64,000 bases of DNA from NCBI GenBank assembly GCA_963827685.1, contig CAWHBU010000002.1, positions 1,120,001 through 1,184,000 on the forward strand, written 5' to 3'. Below, piece by piece: positions 1 to 10,126 of the stretch. The position numbers and the translations under genes are program-made. The notes under the pieces were generated by a model. It had not been told where the DNA came from and did not search any database. It was given only the letters and a program-made list of their open reading frames with translations. The DNA is from an uncultured delta proteobacterium (lineage in GTDB: Bacteria; Desulfobacterota; BSN033; UBA1163). Numbering within the stretch: position 1 is the stretch's first letter; each line of letters starts with the position of its first letter.

Positions 1-134
1 CCTCAAAAGGAAAGAGGGGTTGGACGTATTTGATTATGGCACGAAGTTTAACCCACTCCTGTTCGGGGAGTAATCCTTCAAGCAAGACGAACCCAAACAA
101 ATAAAATGACTCAGAACAATATCGTTGTCCAAAG

Positions 135-836
135 ATGAGCAGCAGGAAAACGAAGAAGAAGGCTGTTGTTCTATTGAGCGGGGGCGTTGATTCCACGACC
201 GCCATGGCCATTGCGTTACAGGAGGGTTATGAGATTTACAGCTTGAGCTTTCGGTATGGGCAGCGCCATGTTGTCGAGCTGGAATCAGCCCGAAGGATTG
301 CTGAAGTCATGGGTGCAAAGAAGCATATGGTGATGGATGTGGACCTTGGAAAGATAGGAGGCTCGGCACTCACCGATCATATCGATGTGCCGAAAGGACG
401 GGATGCAGCGGAAATCCGGCAAGAAATTCCAACGACTTATGTTCCGGCACGTAATACCATTTTTCTTTCCTATGCCCTGGCGTGGGCCGAGGTGCTCGGA
501 GCTTCAGATATTTTTATTGGTGTGAATGCGATGGATTACTCGGGTTATCCTGATTGTCGCCCCGAATATATCAAGTCGTTTGAAGACATGGCTAACCTTG
601 CTATCAAAGCGGCAGTGGAAGACAAAATGAAAATCCATATCAGAACGCCTCTTATCAGCATGACCAAGGCTGAGATTATTCGCAAAGGTGTTGAACTCGG
701 GGTGGATTATCGCCTCACCCATAGCTGCTATGATCCGTCACCGGAAGGGAAGGCCTGTGGGCAATGCGATGCCTGTCTCCTTAGAAAGAAAGGTTTCAGG
801 GAAGCCGGAATGTCTGATCCTGCGGCATATTCTTAG
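135..836 (+). CDS. queC: 7-cyano-7-deazaguanine synthase
   Basis: SGGVDS PP-loop, YVPARN, GYPDCRP and C-terminal SCY...CGQCDAC zinc motif. Confidence 0.95.
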   Translation: MSSRKTKKKAVVLLSGGVDSTTAMAIALQEGYEIYSLSFRYGQRHVVELESARRIAEVMGAKKHMVMDVDLGKIGGSALTDHIDVPKGRDAAEIRQEIPTTYVPARNTIFLSYALAWAEVLGASDIFIGVNAMDYSGYPDCRPEYIKSFEDMANLAIKAAVEDKMKIHIRTPLISMTKAEIIRKGVELGVDYRLTHSCYDPSPEGKACGQCDACLLRKKGFREAGMSDPAAYS

Positions 837-945
837 TGAAGCTCCCCGCCCACAGGGCGGGGCTTCCCGGCAAGGTAATTTCATTTTATATTGTGCCCCT
901 TGACCCCGCCTACGAGGCGGGGCTTGCGGGGCACGTTGCGGCCAA
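836..945. mobile_element. Non-autonomous IS200/IS605-like miniature element (two GC-rich hairpins)
   Basis: CCCCGCCCACAGGGCGGGG and CCCCGCCTACGAGGCGGGG hairpins; both ends recur at 4506-4555. Confidence 0.55.
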
Positions 946-1006
946 ATTTTAAGTGCTATGGACGGATTGAAGATAAGCACCTTGATGAGGGAGGACAAAA
1001 TTCAGT

Positions 1007-1477
1007 TCATACATTCCATTGAATGCCGTCTCTCGAATCCGGCCTTTCTTCTATGTTGACCAACCTGATGTTCTCCATACAGTCAGCCATACGGAAAATG
1101 ACAAGAACCATTTCCAGGATGACCCTATTGAAAATCACCGTCAAAAGGAATAATAGGGGAGCCCCGATCAGGAGCGCAAAAATTCCGAACCAGGCTGAAA
1201 CTTCAAACCCTATGATGATAAGAAGGAGGGCCATCAGGCCGGCAAATATCATCGATAAGCTATAGAGAAACTTCATCATTCTCGGACTCACAAATTGACG
1301 AAATGAAAAATCAAAAAGAGTCAGCAGAAAGCTAACTTTCTTAAGGACGGACACATTCTTCAACCCTCTCGCGCGTGAAAGTTTTTCCTCCAACTGGATG
1401 TCGTTCTGCGATTCTGCACAATTGACGCAGAACTTTGCATCGTTCTCATTGGACGCCCCACAGTTCGTGCAAAACAT
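1007..1477 (-). CDS. Zinc-ribbon plus DUF4282-like membrane protein
   Basis: N-terminal CxxC...CxxC, then LFDFSFRQFVSP followed by two hydrophobic helices. Confidence 0.75.
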   Translation of the reverse strand: MFCTNCGASNENDAKFCVNCAESQNDIQLEEKLSRARGLKNVSVLKKVSFLLTLFDFSFRQFVSPRMMKFLYSLSMIFAGLMALLLIIIGFEVSAWFGIFALLIGAPLLFLLTVIFNRVILEMVLVIFRMADCMENIRLVNIEERPDSRDGIQWNV

Positions 1478-1505
1478 ATCCGGTCCCCTCTAACATTTTA
1501 GAAGC

Positions 1506-2714
1506 TTAACTTACGGGTTTGATATCTATGATCTTCCAGTGGCCGTCTTCTCTCTTCAGGGTAACGTCCAGAACGGTTCTGCCGTTCTGCAGCCGCCCGC
1601 TCATTTTCTGAGAAGTTCTGACAAGCCACTCTAACCTGACATGGGCGGCATCACCGGAAATCGTCTGACTCTTCAAATCATAAGAAAGATCAAGGTAATT
1701 GTAATTTTCCCACATCTTGAGTGTATCCAGCCGCTTTGCTTCCGTGCCGTTAAAATTGCAAGAGAAACAGGACATGAAGAGATCGATGTTCTTCAGAAGG
1801 TTTGCCTGTCTAATATCTTCAAAGAGGGCCCCTATCTTTTCCGCATCGTTGCCTTCCATAGCGGCAGGTGGCTCGTTTGAAGAGGATGGGGTGGTAGGGA
1901 CTACAACGACTTCTTTTGAAACCAGTGTGCCGGACTCAGTGTGCTGTGGCCAAAGAATGTAGCCTCCTGCAACCATCAGAAGGATGATGACGCCCAGTGT
2001 CAGCAAGGGTAAGGGCCGAAGGAGATCCCCTACGAATCCAGGAGAGACGGCGCGTCCTCCCATTTTAGTAGGCAAGAGGGAGAGGATTTGCCGATATTTT
2101 TTCAAACTTTTCTCTCTCGATTTTATTTCCTTCCTCAATCCCTTCTTCTCTCTGACAAAATCGGGCTTTGTGACCGCCCCTAACTTATGAAGGGATTGAA
2201 ATTCTTCAAGCCTTTTTTGAATGGGTTTCAACTCATTTTCCAGAAAATCCATTTCTTCCGATGCCCTTTTCTTAATTGATTCAAGCTCCGCTTCAATCTC
2301 TTGATGCAGGGGCGACAGGGACTCCAACCGCTCCTTATAACGAACAAATAGAGGATCGAGGACATCATCGGATATTTTTTCCCGCTGTGCTTCCAGTTTG
2401 CTCATACAGGATTGTAATTCTTTCTCTTGTTTCAATAGTCTCAGCCACTCTCTTGAGCATTTCTTAACCGGTTTCTTTTCTAATGGGCGGGCATTCGCTT
2501 CTCGAGATGGAGTTCCCTGTATCAATAGAGAACCACATTTCCTGCAATAGTTTCCTTTCTTATAAAGGATTTGGCATTTGGGACAATAGAGCTTCACGTT
2601 TGTTCTCTCCTCTTCGGGAGGGGTATCTTCTATGGCCAAAAGGAAGCTTCCGCATTTCCCGCAAAATTCTTCCGCATCACCATGTTGGATGCTACATTGG
2701 GGGCAAATGACCAT
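1506..2714 (-). CDS. Double zinc-ribbon, coiled-coil, single TM and C-terminal NTF2/SnoaL-like domain protein
   Basis: Four CxxC motifs, long heptad-rich segment, TM LLTLGVIILLMVAGGYILW, C-terminal LKREDGHWKI. Confidence 0.7.
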   Translation of the reverse strand: MVICPQCSIQHGDAEEFCGKCGSFLLAIEDTPPEEERTNVKLYCPKCQILYKKGNYCRKCGSLLIQGTPSREANARPLEKKPVKKCSREWLRLLKQEKELQSCMSKLEAQREKISDDVLDPLFVRYKERLESLSPLHQEIEAELESIKKRASEEMDFLENELKPIQKRLEEFQSLHKLGAVTKPDFVREKKGLRKEIKSREKSLKKYRQILSLLPTKMGGRAVSPGFVGDLLRPLPLLTLGVIILLMVAGGYILWPQHTESGTLVSKEVVVVPTTPSSSNEPPAAMEGNDAEKIGALFEDIRQANLLKNIDLFMSCFSCNFNGTEAKRLDTLKMWENYNYLDLSYDLKSQTISGDAAHVRLEWLVRTSQKMSGRLQNGRTVLDVTLKREDGHWKIIDIKPVS

Positions 2715-2763
2715 TTTCTGCTCCTGATTTCCCCTTTTGGTTAAGGATTAAGTAGCATTGAAA

Positions 2764-2779
2764 TGCATTTTATGTGCCA
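2764..2779 (-). promoter_or_regulatory. Putative sigma54 -24/-12 promoter for the 2714-1007 operon
   Basis: Minus strand TGGCACATAAAATGCA (GG-N10-GC), 50 nt upstream of the ATG. Confidence 0.6.
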
Positions 2780-2856
2780 TGAGATGGATAAATTTTTGCC
2801 TTCAGATTTCGAGGACTTTCCTTGTCATTGAAAAAACTAATTGAACAAAATTTCAG

Positions 2857-2881
2857 GGTATGGACAAAAATTGTCCATACC
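2857..2881. promoter_or_regulatory. Palindromic operator, candidate sigma54-activator site
   Basis: GGTATGGACA-aaaat-TGTCCATACC, a perfect 10-bp inverted repeat about 90 nt upstream of the sigma54 box. Confidence 0.5.
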
Positions 2882-2939
2882 ATTCTCATTCCCCCTTCCC
2901 AAGTCCCTGGAATTCGCGTAGAATTTAAGCTAAGGCTGC

Positions 2940-4109
2940 ATGAGTATGGAATACCGGTTTACCATTCGATCCATTGAAAGAATCTTCAAACAAAAATTCT
3001 CTTCTGCCACCAGCATCCGGTTGTTATGGAGGAGGAGAGATTCTTTCCAAACCCTCTTTGACGCTGTCAATAGCGCAGAGAAATTCATCTGCCTTCAATT
3101 TTATATATTCAAGAATGACGAGACCGGGATTGCCCTATCCGAACTGCTAAAACAGAAGAGCCACGAAGGCGTGAAGGTCTATATTTTGTACGACCACTTT
3201 GGATCCTTCGGAACTCCAAGAAGCTTTTGGAAAGACATGAGCCTGGCGGGCATTAAGATCAGGGCCTCCCATCCCTTTAAATGGACAGCACCCTTTTATT
3301 ACGTCCATCGAGACCACAGAAAGCTCATTGTGATCGATTCAAGAAAGGCCTTTACCGGTGGGCTCAACGTCGCCAATGAATACAGCGGCTTTCACCTCAG
3401 AAAGCGAAGCAGAGGTTGGCGAGATACAGGTATTCTGGTGGAAGGTCCGATCGTCAATGAGCTTTTCGATACGTTCAAAAAAAGCTGGACTACCTGGGGT
3501 GGAGAAAAGATTTTTTTTCGGGGGACCAATGAAAAGGCGCAGAACAAAGTGCCGAAAGACTCCGTTCCTGCACTCCCCATTTTCGTTTATTCCGGGAAGG
3601 GTAGAAAAAGAATGAGGAACCTTCTTCGCTACAGCATTGACCAGGCCCAAGCCAGTATTCTCCTGACTACCGCTTATTTCATCCCGAGCCGTAGGCTGAT
3701 CGAAAAGCTCGAAACAGCGGTGCGGCGAGGGGTGAAGGTGGAGCTCCTCGTGCCAGGCAAAAGCGATGTTCCTGCTGCCTCCTACGCAGGAAGGGCCTTC
3801 TTCTCAAGACTCTTAAAGAGTGGGATTGAAATCTACACTTACCTGGGAGAGATGCTTCATGCAAAGACCTATCTCTTTGACCAATGCTGGAGCATCATTG
3901 GGTCCACTAACCTCGATTACCAATCTCTTATGTATAACGATGAAGGGAATATTGGAATCTTGGATTCATCTTTTGCTTCAAAGATGACTGAGATCTTTGA
4001 AGAGGACCTAAGAAACTCTGCCCAAATAGATGAAGAGACTTGGCGCAAAAGGCCTTTCTTGGAAAAAATCAAAGAACACTTTTTCGCCCTTTTCCGAACA
4101 AGGCTTTAA
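2940..4109 (+). CDS. cls: Cardiolipin synthase (ClsB-like phospholipase D)
   Basis: Two HKD motifs (HRKLIVID, HAKTYLFD), GGLN and GSTN motifs, no N-terminal TM. Confidence 0.85.
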   Translation: MSMEYRFTIRSIERIFKQKFSSATSIRLLWRRRDSFQTLFDAVNSAEKFICLQFYIFKNDETGIALSELLKQKSHEGVKVYILYDHFGSFGTPRSFWKDMSLAGIKIRASHPFKWTAPFYYVHRDHRKLIVIDSRKAFTGGLNVANEYSGFHLRKRSRGWRDTGILVEGPIVNELFDTFKKSWTTWGGEKIFFRGTNEKAQNKVPKDSVPALPIFVYSGKGRKRMRNLLRYSIDQAQASILLTTAYFIPSRRLIEKLETAVRRGVKVELLVPGKSDVPAASYAGRAFFSRLLKSGIEIYTYLGEMLHAKTYLFDQCWSIIGSTNLDYQSLMYNDEGNIGILDSSFASKMTEIFEEDLRNSAQIDEETWRKRPFLEKIKEHFFALFRTRL

Positions 4110-4505
4110 AATTCCTGGTTCCAGTTCATCAACCATCCGATTATCCATGAGTCGCTAAGTCATGAGGTCATTAAGAAGTAGCGGGGTCATCTCTCGCTGC
4201 CGACAGGGTTCATTGAGCCTTCGCAATAGGGGATGCTAATATTTGTCGAAGAGAAGGAGAGGAAAATCGAACCCCAGCCGATGCCCAGCCTATCAAAAAG
4301 TTGAGTAGCGGTGCAGGGATTTGGCCGGCCTGTGGGCTGAAACGGACACAATATGAATGAAGCTTCCTCTCCGAAAGCTCGGCTAAGACCTTCATCTCGG
4401 CCACTGCGAGTCTTCATCAATGGGTCTGATAAACTGTAAAGTTATTTCTTTCAACTCCTACTGTTCAAACTGAGATAAGTCTGAACGATTGCCTCAGCCA
4501 GCTGA

Positions 4506-4555
4506 GGGAAGCTCCCCGCCCACAGGGCGGGGCTTGCGGGGCACGTCCCGGTCAA
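4506..4555. repeat. Collapsed copy of the 836-945 element
   Basis: GAAGCTCCCCGCCCACAGGGCGGGGCTT joined directly to GCGGGGCACGT...GGTCAA. Confidence 0.65.
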
Positions 4556-4559
4556 AGTT

Positions 4560-5669
4560 CTAAACCGCCCAACCGTGGGAAGCAACAAAGCTAATAATGG
4601 TGAAAATGAGGCCCACAACGCCCGCTGTCAAGATGCCCAGGGTCGACCGGTATCGTTCCGAACCATATTCTCTTAGACTGAGGAAAGTCATGACAAGCAG
4701 TACACACCCCATCCCGATGATGGCCCAGACCGGGCCCGGATCTGCCGGCTCAAGGCTTGGGAGTCTAACCCTTAATGCAGGCACCAACGTTAGCACGAAC
4801 CATGAGGTTACCACCAACCCGATACCCCAGAATGAACAGATCACCCCAAGGAGCAAACGCCTGTCAGTGTGCCTCCGCGTCCGTAACCAAGCCCGGATGA
4901 AAGGGGCAACCGCCAGCAGTGCAACCGTCGGGCCGAGGATCGAAAAAAATGTCCTGAAATTGCCCACACCGGGCAGGAAAAAATGGATGAGGATAAGAAT
5001 CCCAAGTACAGCGGCAAGCCAGCTTCTCCGAAGCAACCGACGAAATCGAGGGTTAAGCGAAAATTTCATCGAGAGCACAATGGCCCCGGCAAAAATTCCG
5101 ATCGCAACCCCTGCAAAGATGTCGCTTGGGAAATGGAACCCATTGGCAACGCGAACTGCGCCCACCGTTAGAACACCAGCGAATGCAACTGGCCTCATGG
5201 CTGGGAAGGCAGAGGCGATTGGAACGAAAAACGCCGTCAATGAGGCAACGTCACCGCTCGGAAAGGACATTTTATTGCTTCCATCAGGCCGGGGACGTCC
5301 GATCACAAGTTTTATTGGGGTGACAACAAGACTTGCAAGAAGGATGGCGATGCATGCGGAAACCGCGACTTGCTTCCGCCGATGAATCGCCAGAAGGAAT
5401 CCGAGCAGAAAAAGGATCTCTCCCTTCCCGAAAACCCTTACTCCCTTCAACGCCTCCCACCAGAGAGGTGTAGCCACATGACCGACTTTGGAGATGCAGA
5501 GCATATCGCTCAGTATCTCATCGAAAGGCCATATCATGACTCCCGCAACGGCACTGGCAACGGCGAGGCCAAAGAGTCCGTAGCGAATAGGATGACGTGT
5601 CAAGGAGACATCGCCACCAGACTTAGCCTTTGTTACGTCGCCGGCGTTGTGGGTCATATAGGGTGCCAC
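4560..5669 (-). CDS. PAP2-family membrane phosphatase
   Basis: KLVIGRPRP, SFPSGD, RVANGFHFPSD; the usual PSGH His appears as Asp; start uncertain. Confidence 0.75.
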   Translation of the reverse strand: MAPYMTHNAGDVTKAKSGGDVSLTRHPIRYGLFGLAVASAVAGVMIWPFDEILSDMLCISKVGHVATPLWWEALKGVRVFGKGEILFLLGFLLAIHRRKQVAVSACIAILLASLVVTPIKLVIGRPRPDGSNKMSFPSGDVASLTAFFVPIASAFPAMRPVAFAGVLTVGAVRVANGFHFPSDIFAGVAIGIFAGAIVLSMKFSLNPRFRRLLRRSWLAAVLGILILIHFFLPGVGNFRTFFSILGPTVALLAVAPFIRAWLRTRRHTDRRLLLGVICSFWGIGLVVTSWFVLTLVPALRVRLPSLEPADPGPVWAIIGMGCVLLVMTFLSLREYGSERYRSTLGILTAGVVGLIFTIISFVASHGWAV

Positions 5670-5886
5670 TGATTTAACCTATTAAAATAAAAAAGTTACT
5701 TTTGTCAATCAAATGGGTGCATTGTTCTAAGACATCAAGGATACTCAGTTAGCCTATCGATTACAGCTTGAATCTACACGATTTGGTCAAAATGTTGTTG
5801 ATAGTGATTACAAAAGGAAAGATGCAGGCAGGAGATTTAGAAGCCCCCCAAAAGGGAGTTTTGAAGTTTAAGCTGGAATCAGCCCC

Positions 5887-6363
5887 CTATTCTTTCTCTT
5901 CGCCTCTTTTGTAGTATTCGGATATTTTTGGAACCAGGCTTTGGGCTCTGAAGCTCAATTCATTCCTCCCTTCCCTTTCCAAATATCCGGCAATCGATTC
6001 GAGGAAGACTTGAACAGTAGCGGGCGGACAATGGAGTTTTATAGGCGGGATTTCTCCCAATTCGCTTTCAATGAGGTCCATCAGTCGTTGGACGACTTCG
6101 TCATCCGTTCCCAAAAAGAGTTTAGAAATTTCTTTACCTTTTATTTTTTCAGTTAACACCGAGGCGGAGGCAATGGTCACGGCACAGCCAAAAGATAAGA
6201 ATTTGGCGTCTTCAACAACTCCTTCTTTTATTCGCAGGTAGAGTTTTGTTGTATCTCCACAGACAGGATTATCGATCGCCCCCATCCCATCTGGGTTCTC
6301 AATTTCTCCGACGTTTTGTGGGTTACGAAAATGCTCTTTTATTTTCTCAGATAGTTCTAACAT
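5887..6363 (-). CDS. iscU: IscU/NifU-N Fe-S scaffold protein
   Basis: HFRNPQNVG, NPVCGD, FGCA, KLHC (three scaffold cysteines). Confidence 0.85.
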   Translation of the reverse strand: MLELSEKIKEHFRNPQNVGEIENPDGMGAIDNPVCGDTTKLYLRIKEGVVEDAKFLSFGCAVTIASASVLTEKIKGKEISKLFLGTDDEVVQRLMDLIESELGEIPPIKLHCPPATVQVFLESIAGYLEREGRNELSFRAQSLVPKISEYYKRGEEKE

Positions 6364-6462
6364 GTCAAGCTCACGGTTTTTTGTTTTCTGTTTTAGAAAA
6401 CCAAAACAAAAACTTCAAGGTTTAATATTCAGGTGGTCTGCAGACCATCTCTCTTTCTTGAT

Positions 6463-8502
6463 CTAATCAACTTCTTTCACAACAGGGGTCGTGGGCTTCG
6501 GAACTTCCTTTTTCTCCTTCAGGCTAGCATTATAATTAAGAAGCCATGCATCGTGGTCACCGACAAACCTTCGGAGAGCCTCCATTTGAAGCGGGTACGG
6601 AGAACAGGTCAGGGGATGCTTCTCCTCCGGGTCTTGTTTTAAGTCAAAGGCCCACCAGTTATTCTTCTTTAATGAATATTGGACTTTGATAAGATGGGTA
6701 TCCAACGATGAAATGGATTCTTCATATCCGTAAAAGAAGATAGATTTTCGCATCAGTTTATGGCTGAAAAGAGAATCTCCGTCAAAGACCCCTGAGGAAT
6801 ATGGAATTCTCATGGCGTCAAGAAGGGTTGGCAGTAGATCCACATGGCTTGTAGGAAACCCAACTACCTTCGGCTTAAAAAGTGCAGGTTGATAAAGGAC
6901 GGCCGGAGTTTCCAGGTTCTCATTATAGCTGTATCGATAGTGCATAAAATTATTTGGATGGTGTTGACCAAAAGCCTGGCCGTGATCCCCTACAATCACC
7001 AGAATGGTACGCTCCAGCAGGCATTGGTCCTGCAGATGTTTGTAAATACGCTTAATCATATGGTCCAAGAGATTTAGATTATTATAATAGCGGCTGATCA
7101 AACGCCCATCGTCTTTCCGTATGCGATAATCCTCACCATAATCAAAATATGGGAAGTGGGCGGCAAAGCTGATATAGATGCCCAGAAAAGGCTCTCTCGC
7201 TTGACTCAATCTCCGAATAAAGAAATCCACCGTTTGAATTTCGTCTCTTGCGATATAATGGCCCAGAGAATGAAACTCTTCCTTTATTTTAAATTTCAGA
7301 TTTTCATAGCTATGAATTTCTCTCAGTCCGCTATTTTTTACAAACTTCGTTGGAAAATACCAGGATATGGAAGAAGGGGTCACTAAAAAACTATCGTAGC
7401 CCTCACCCAGCCAATTATGAATGGCAGGGACTTCAGCATCCGGACGTGTGCCGAATGTCCCTCTGTTAAAAAAATCGTAAAGTCCACTGAATATTGAAAA
7501 TACTGCCTTGGTACTGACATTCGATGTCGTATAGTGTCTTTTTAAAAACCAGGCTTCTTTTGAAATTTCATAAAGAAATGGCATGGGCATTGGACTGCCA
7601 TTGCCGGTATCAAAAACGTATCGAGTCCCCACCGACTCCATGATAAAAAAAACAAGATTCCACGGTTGATTACTTTTGGCCGGAAGAAATTTCTCTGGCT
7701 CCAACGGATGATTTTCCATGGAACGAGAGAGCGGGATACCCGATCTATCTCCCTTGATAACGTTTATATTTGGATCTTTGGCAGATTGTGTAACGAACAC
7801 ATTTTCAGCCAAGTCGGAAAGGAGAAAAAGTGCTGGATTTAAGCGTATCTCGTCAGGAACATTTTGGGTTTTGTGATTGGCTACTAACAAAGAAAGCGAT
7901 AATAGAAAGATGACCAATACAATAGAAACCCTTGCCATCCAAGCCCTTAAACCAACCGGTAGCAGGAGAACCAGCCAAAAAAGTCCAAAAGGAAGAAGAA
8001 GAAATAGATAATCTCTTATTTCAACGAGCTTAAGAGTTTCGACGAGCGAAATGCCTGAAAATGTCTCCTTGATCACAGCAGTGTCGAACCCTGTCTGAAC
8101 ATCAAAGAGCAGGCGACCATGAACCCCGTGAACGAGAAGCACAATCATTAAAACAATATGTGAGAAGACAAGTCCTGAAATTCTTAAAATTGGAAATGTT
8201 TTACCTTGTTTGATGAAATATGCCATTCGGGACACAAGCCAAGAGAGCACGAAACAGACAAAGACTAAGGCAAGGTCATAGGGCAAATAAGCAAGGGTAA
8301 ACCACACCGGATGTTGTGCCGGATTAAAATCAAAGGGTCTGACCGTATTCGTAAACAGACCGATCGTGAGTTGAATCCGGTAAACGAACACAATCGCTAA
8401 CAGACAAATAAAAAGAGCAAAGGATGACTTGCTGGAAGAGAAAATGTTTGTGACCAAATCGGAGCACTTCCTTAGTAGGGCTTTCACTTCTATTTTGACC
8501 AT
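6463..8502 (-). CDS. LTA synthase / sulfatase-family membrane protein
   Basis: About five N-terminal TM helices, then FFIMES, AHFPY, VGDHG, SHVDLLPT. Confidence 0.8.
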   Translation of the reverse strand: MVKIEVKALLRKCSDLVTNIFSSSKSSFALFICLLAIVFVYRIQLTIGLFTNTVRPFDFNPAQHPVWFTLAYLPYDLALVFVCFVLSWLVSRMAYFIKQGKTFPILRISGLVFSHIVLMIVLLVHGVHGRLLFDVQTGFDTAVIKETFSGISLVETLKLVEIRDYLFLLLPFGLFWLVLLLPVGLRAWMARVSIVLVIFLLSLSLLVANHKTQNVPDEIRLNPALFLLSDLAENVFVTQSAKDPNINVIKGDRSGIPLSRSMENHPLEPEKFLPAKSNQPWNLVFFIMESVGTRYVFDTGNGSPMPMPFLYEISKEAWFLKRHYTTSNVSTKAVFSIFSGLYDFFNRGTFGTRPDAEVPAIHNWLGEGYDSFLVTPSSISWYFPTKFVKNSGLREIHSYENLKFKIKEEFHSLGHYIARDEIQTVDFFIRRLSQAREPFLGIYISFAAHFPYFDYGEDYRIRKDDGRLISRYYNNLNLLDHMIKRIYKHLQDQCLLERTILVIVGDHGQAFGQHHPNNFMHYRYSYNENLETPAVLYQPALFKPKVVGFPTSHVDLLPTLLDAMRIPYSSGVFDGDSLFSHKLMRKSIFFYGYEESISSLDTHLIKVQYSLKKNNWWAFDLKQDPEEKHPLTCSPYPLQMEALRRFVGDHDAWLLNYNASLKEKKEVPKPTTPVVKEVD

Positions 8503-8543
8503 GGCAAGAATTTTGAGTGCTGATTTTCAGTCTATGGGGTCGA

Positions 8544-8876
8544 TCAGGAGCTGTCCCTAGACTCGTTGAGAACAATTGTTTGCCTCCGGATCACATGTTG
8601 AAGTTGTCTCCGATCCGTATCCACATCCAAAGCGGTCTTTGAAATATTCCCTTTATTCCTTTTGAGGGCTTCTCTCAAAAGGCCCTGTTCACTCCATTCT
8701 CGGCCTTTCGCTTCAATTGCCATTTCTTTCCCAACTCTTCGCCGCCTCTGGGGACTGGAAACATTGGCTCTCCCCCCTTCCCCTCTCACTTCAGCTGGAA
8801 AATCTTCCACTTCAATCCGATTGGATCGACCCAAGAGAGGAAGGTTTGTTGATGATGATAAACAAAATAGCTTCAA
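8544..8876 (-). pseudogene. C-terminal remnant of a sigma54 activator (Fis-type HTH)
   Basis: IEVEDFPAEV...LLREALKRNKGNISKTA resembles a bEBP tail; no AAA+ domain upstream. Confidence 0.5.
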
Positions 8877-8985
8877 AGGTCAATCCTGCTTTGAAAAGAG
8901 CCGCCCCCGGGTTATCTATTGAAATCCGGCTTAAAATAATCTATGTTGATACCATTCGATTTGCCTTTCTTATATTTGATATTCC

Positions 8986-9915
8986 ATGAAAAAAACCCGC
9001 TCTAAGAAGATAAAATATTGGTTCGGGGACTTCTTGGGCGATCTCTTATTGGCCTTCTCCATCCCGACATTTCGTGTCGTTCCCTTAAGAATCGTAGTCT
9101 TCCTTGCAAGGATTTCAGGGATGATAGCTTTCTATCTGGTCAAAACATACAGGGATAGAGTTCTTAGTAATCTCTCCCTGGCCTTTGAAGGAGAAAAAGA
9201 TCTTAGTGAGATTACGAGGCTCGCCAAGGAGGTCTTCTTCAACTTTACACTCACGCCTTTCGAAACCATCTTTACGGCTGCCGCTCCTTCCGGCCAATTC
9301 ATCAAGAAAATCAAAATAACAGGTCGCGAATATCTGGATGCCGCATTGGCAAGGGGGAATGGAGTCATCGCCCTGGGTAGCCATTTGGGTGCCTTTACAA
9401 TATTGGGAACGAGGCTTGCCATAGAGGGCTATCCATTTAATGTCATCATCAATGAGGGTAATTTCAAAAGGGTGATGGGGAGGTTAGGAGACTATCAAAG
9501 AAGGTGGGGCCAGAAGCCCTTCTCCCCAAAACCTGCCACAACGTCCATCAAGAGATCTCTGAACTGTCTCCGTCGAAATGAGATCCTCTATCTTATCGCT
9601 GATGAACAACAGATTCGTGGAGGACTTCCTGTCCCATTCTTTGGCAAAACAGCTTATACCCCTCCTGGACCAGCTATCTTCTCTTTAAAGACAGGTGCTC
9701 CGATCTTGCCCATGTTCGTCGTGAGGGAAAAAGGGATCCCGCAGACCCTATTTATCGGAAGTCCCATCGAAATAGAACGGACATCCGATGAAAAGAAGAA
9801 TACAGAATTGCTGACCGCTAAATTTACAAAGGCCATCGAGGATTCCATCAGAGAATATCCCAGCCAATGGCCATGGCTGAATCGTCGCTGGAAATTGCCT
9901 TATCAAAGTCCCTGA
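8986..9915 (+). CDS. Lipid A late acyltransferase family (LpxL/HtrB-like)
   Basis: HLGAF (H-x4 motif), LIADE, VPFFG, PSQWPWLNRRWK. Confidence 0.85.
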   Translation: MKKTRSKKIKYWFGDFLGDLLLAFSIPTFRVVPLRIVVFLARISGMIAFYLVKTYRDRVLSNLSLAFEGEKDLSEITRLAKEVFFNFTLTPFETIFTAAAPSGQFIKKIKITGREYLDAALARGNGVIALGSHLGAFTILGTRLAIEGYPFNVIINEGNFKRVMGRLGDYQRRWGQKPFSPKPATTSIKRSLNCLRRNEILYLIADEQQIRGGLPVPFFGKTAYTPPGPAIFSLKTGAPILPMFVVREKGIPQTLFIGSPIEIERTSDEKKNTELLTAKFTKAIEDSIREYPSQWPWLNRRWKLPYQSP

Positions 9916-9945
9916 AAATAGTTAAAGGCTGTTTCTGAGACTTTT

Positions 9946-10033
9946 GATTACACAGATTATTTAAGATTACACAGATTGAAAATGCATTGAAAAAAGAGAA
10001 ATCTCTTTAATCATTTTTGAAATCTGTGTAATC
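9946..10033. repeat. Intergenic inverted repeat of GATTACACAGATT units
   Basis: Two GATTACACAGATT copies facing AATCTGTGTAATC-like copies; the family recurs at 15391-15481. Confidence 0.7.
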
Positions 10034-10088
10034 AGAGATCTCTGACAAAGATTTAATGAGTTCTCAGAGATCTCTCAAAAAGGCTCCC

Positions 10089-10117
10089 TTGACATGGGAA
10101 ACCAAGGGGTATAATAT
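10089..10117 (+). promoter_or_regulatory. sigma70 promoter of gmhA
   Basis: TTGACA at 10089, TATAAT at 10110 (or TAATAT at 10112 with a 17-nt spacer). Confidence 0.6.
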
Positions 10118-10126
10118 TTTGGTTCA

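Noticed and set aside
1-134. preQ1 riboswitch or an identifiable gene upstream of queC
   Set aside because: No preQ1-like motif recognised; a short open frame ending at 73 may be the tail of an upstream gene but is too short to assign
4597-5385. 262-aa plus-strand ORF and many similar antisense ORFs (e.g. 17081, 20391, 31068, 60794)
   Set aside because: They shadow well-supported genes on the opposite strand and have no recognisable motifs
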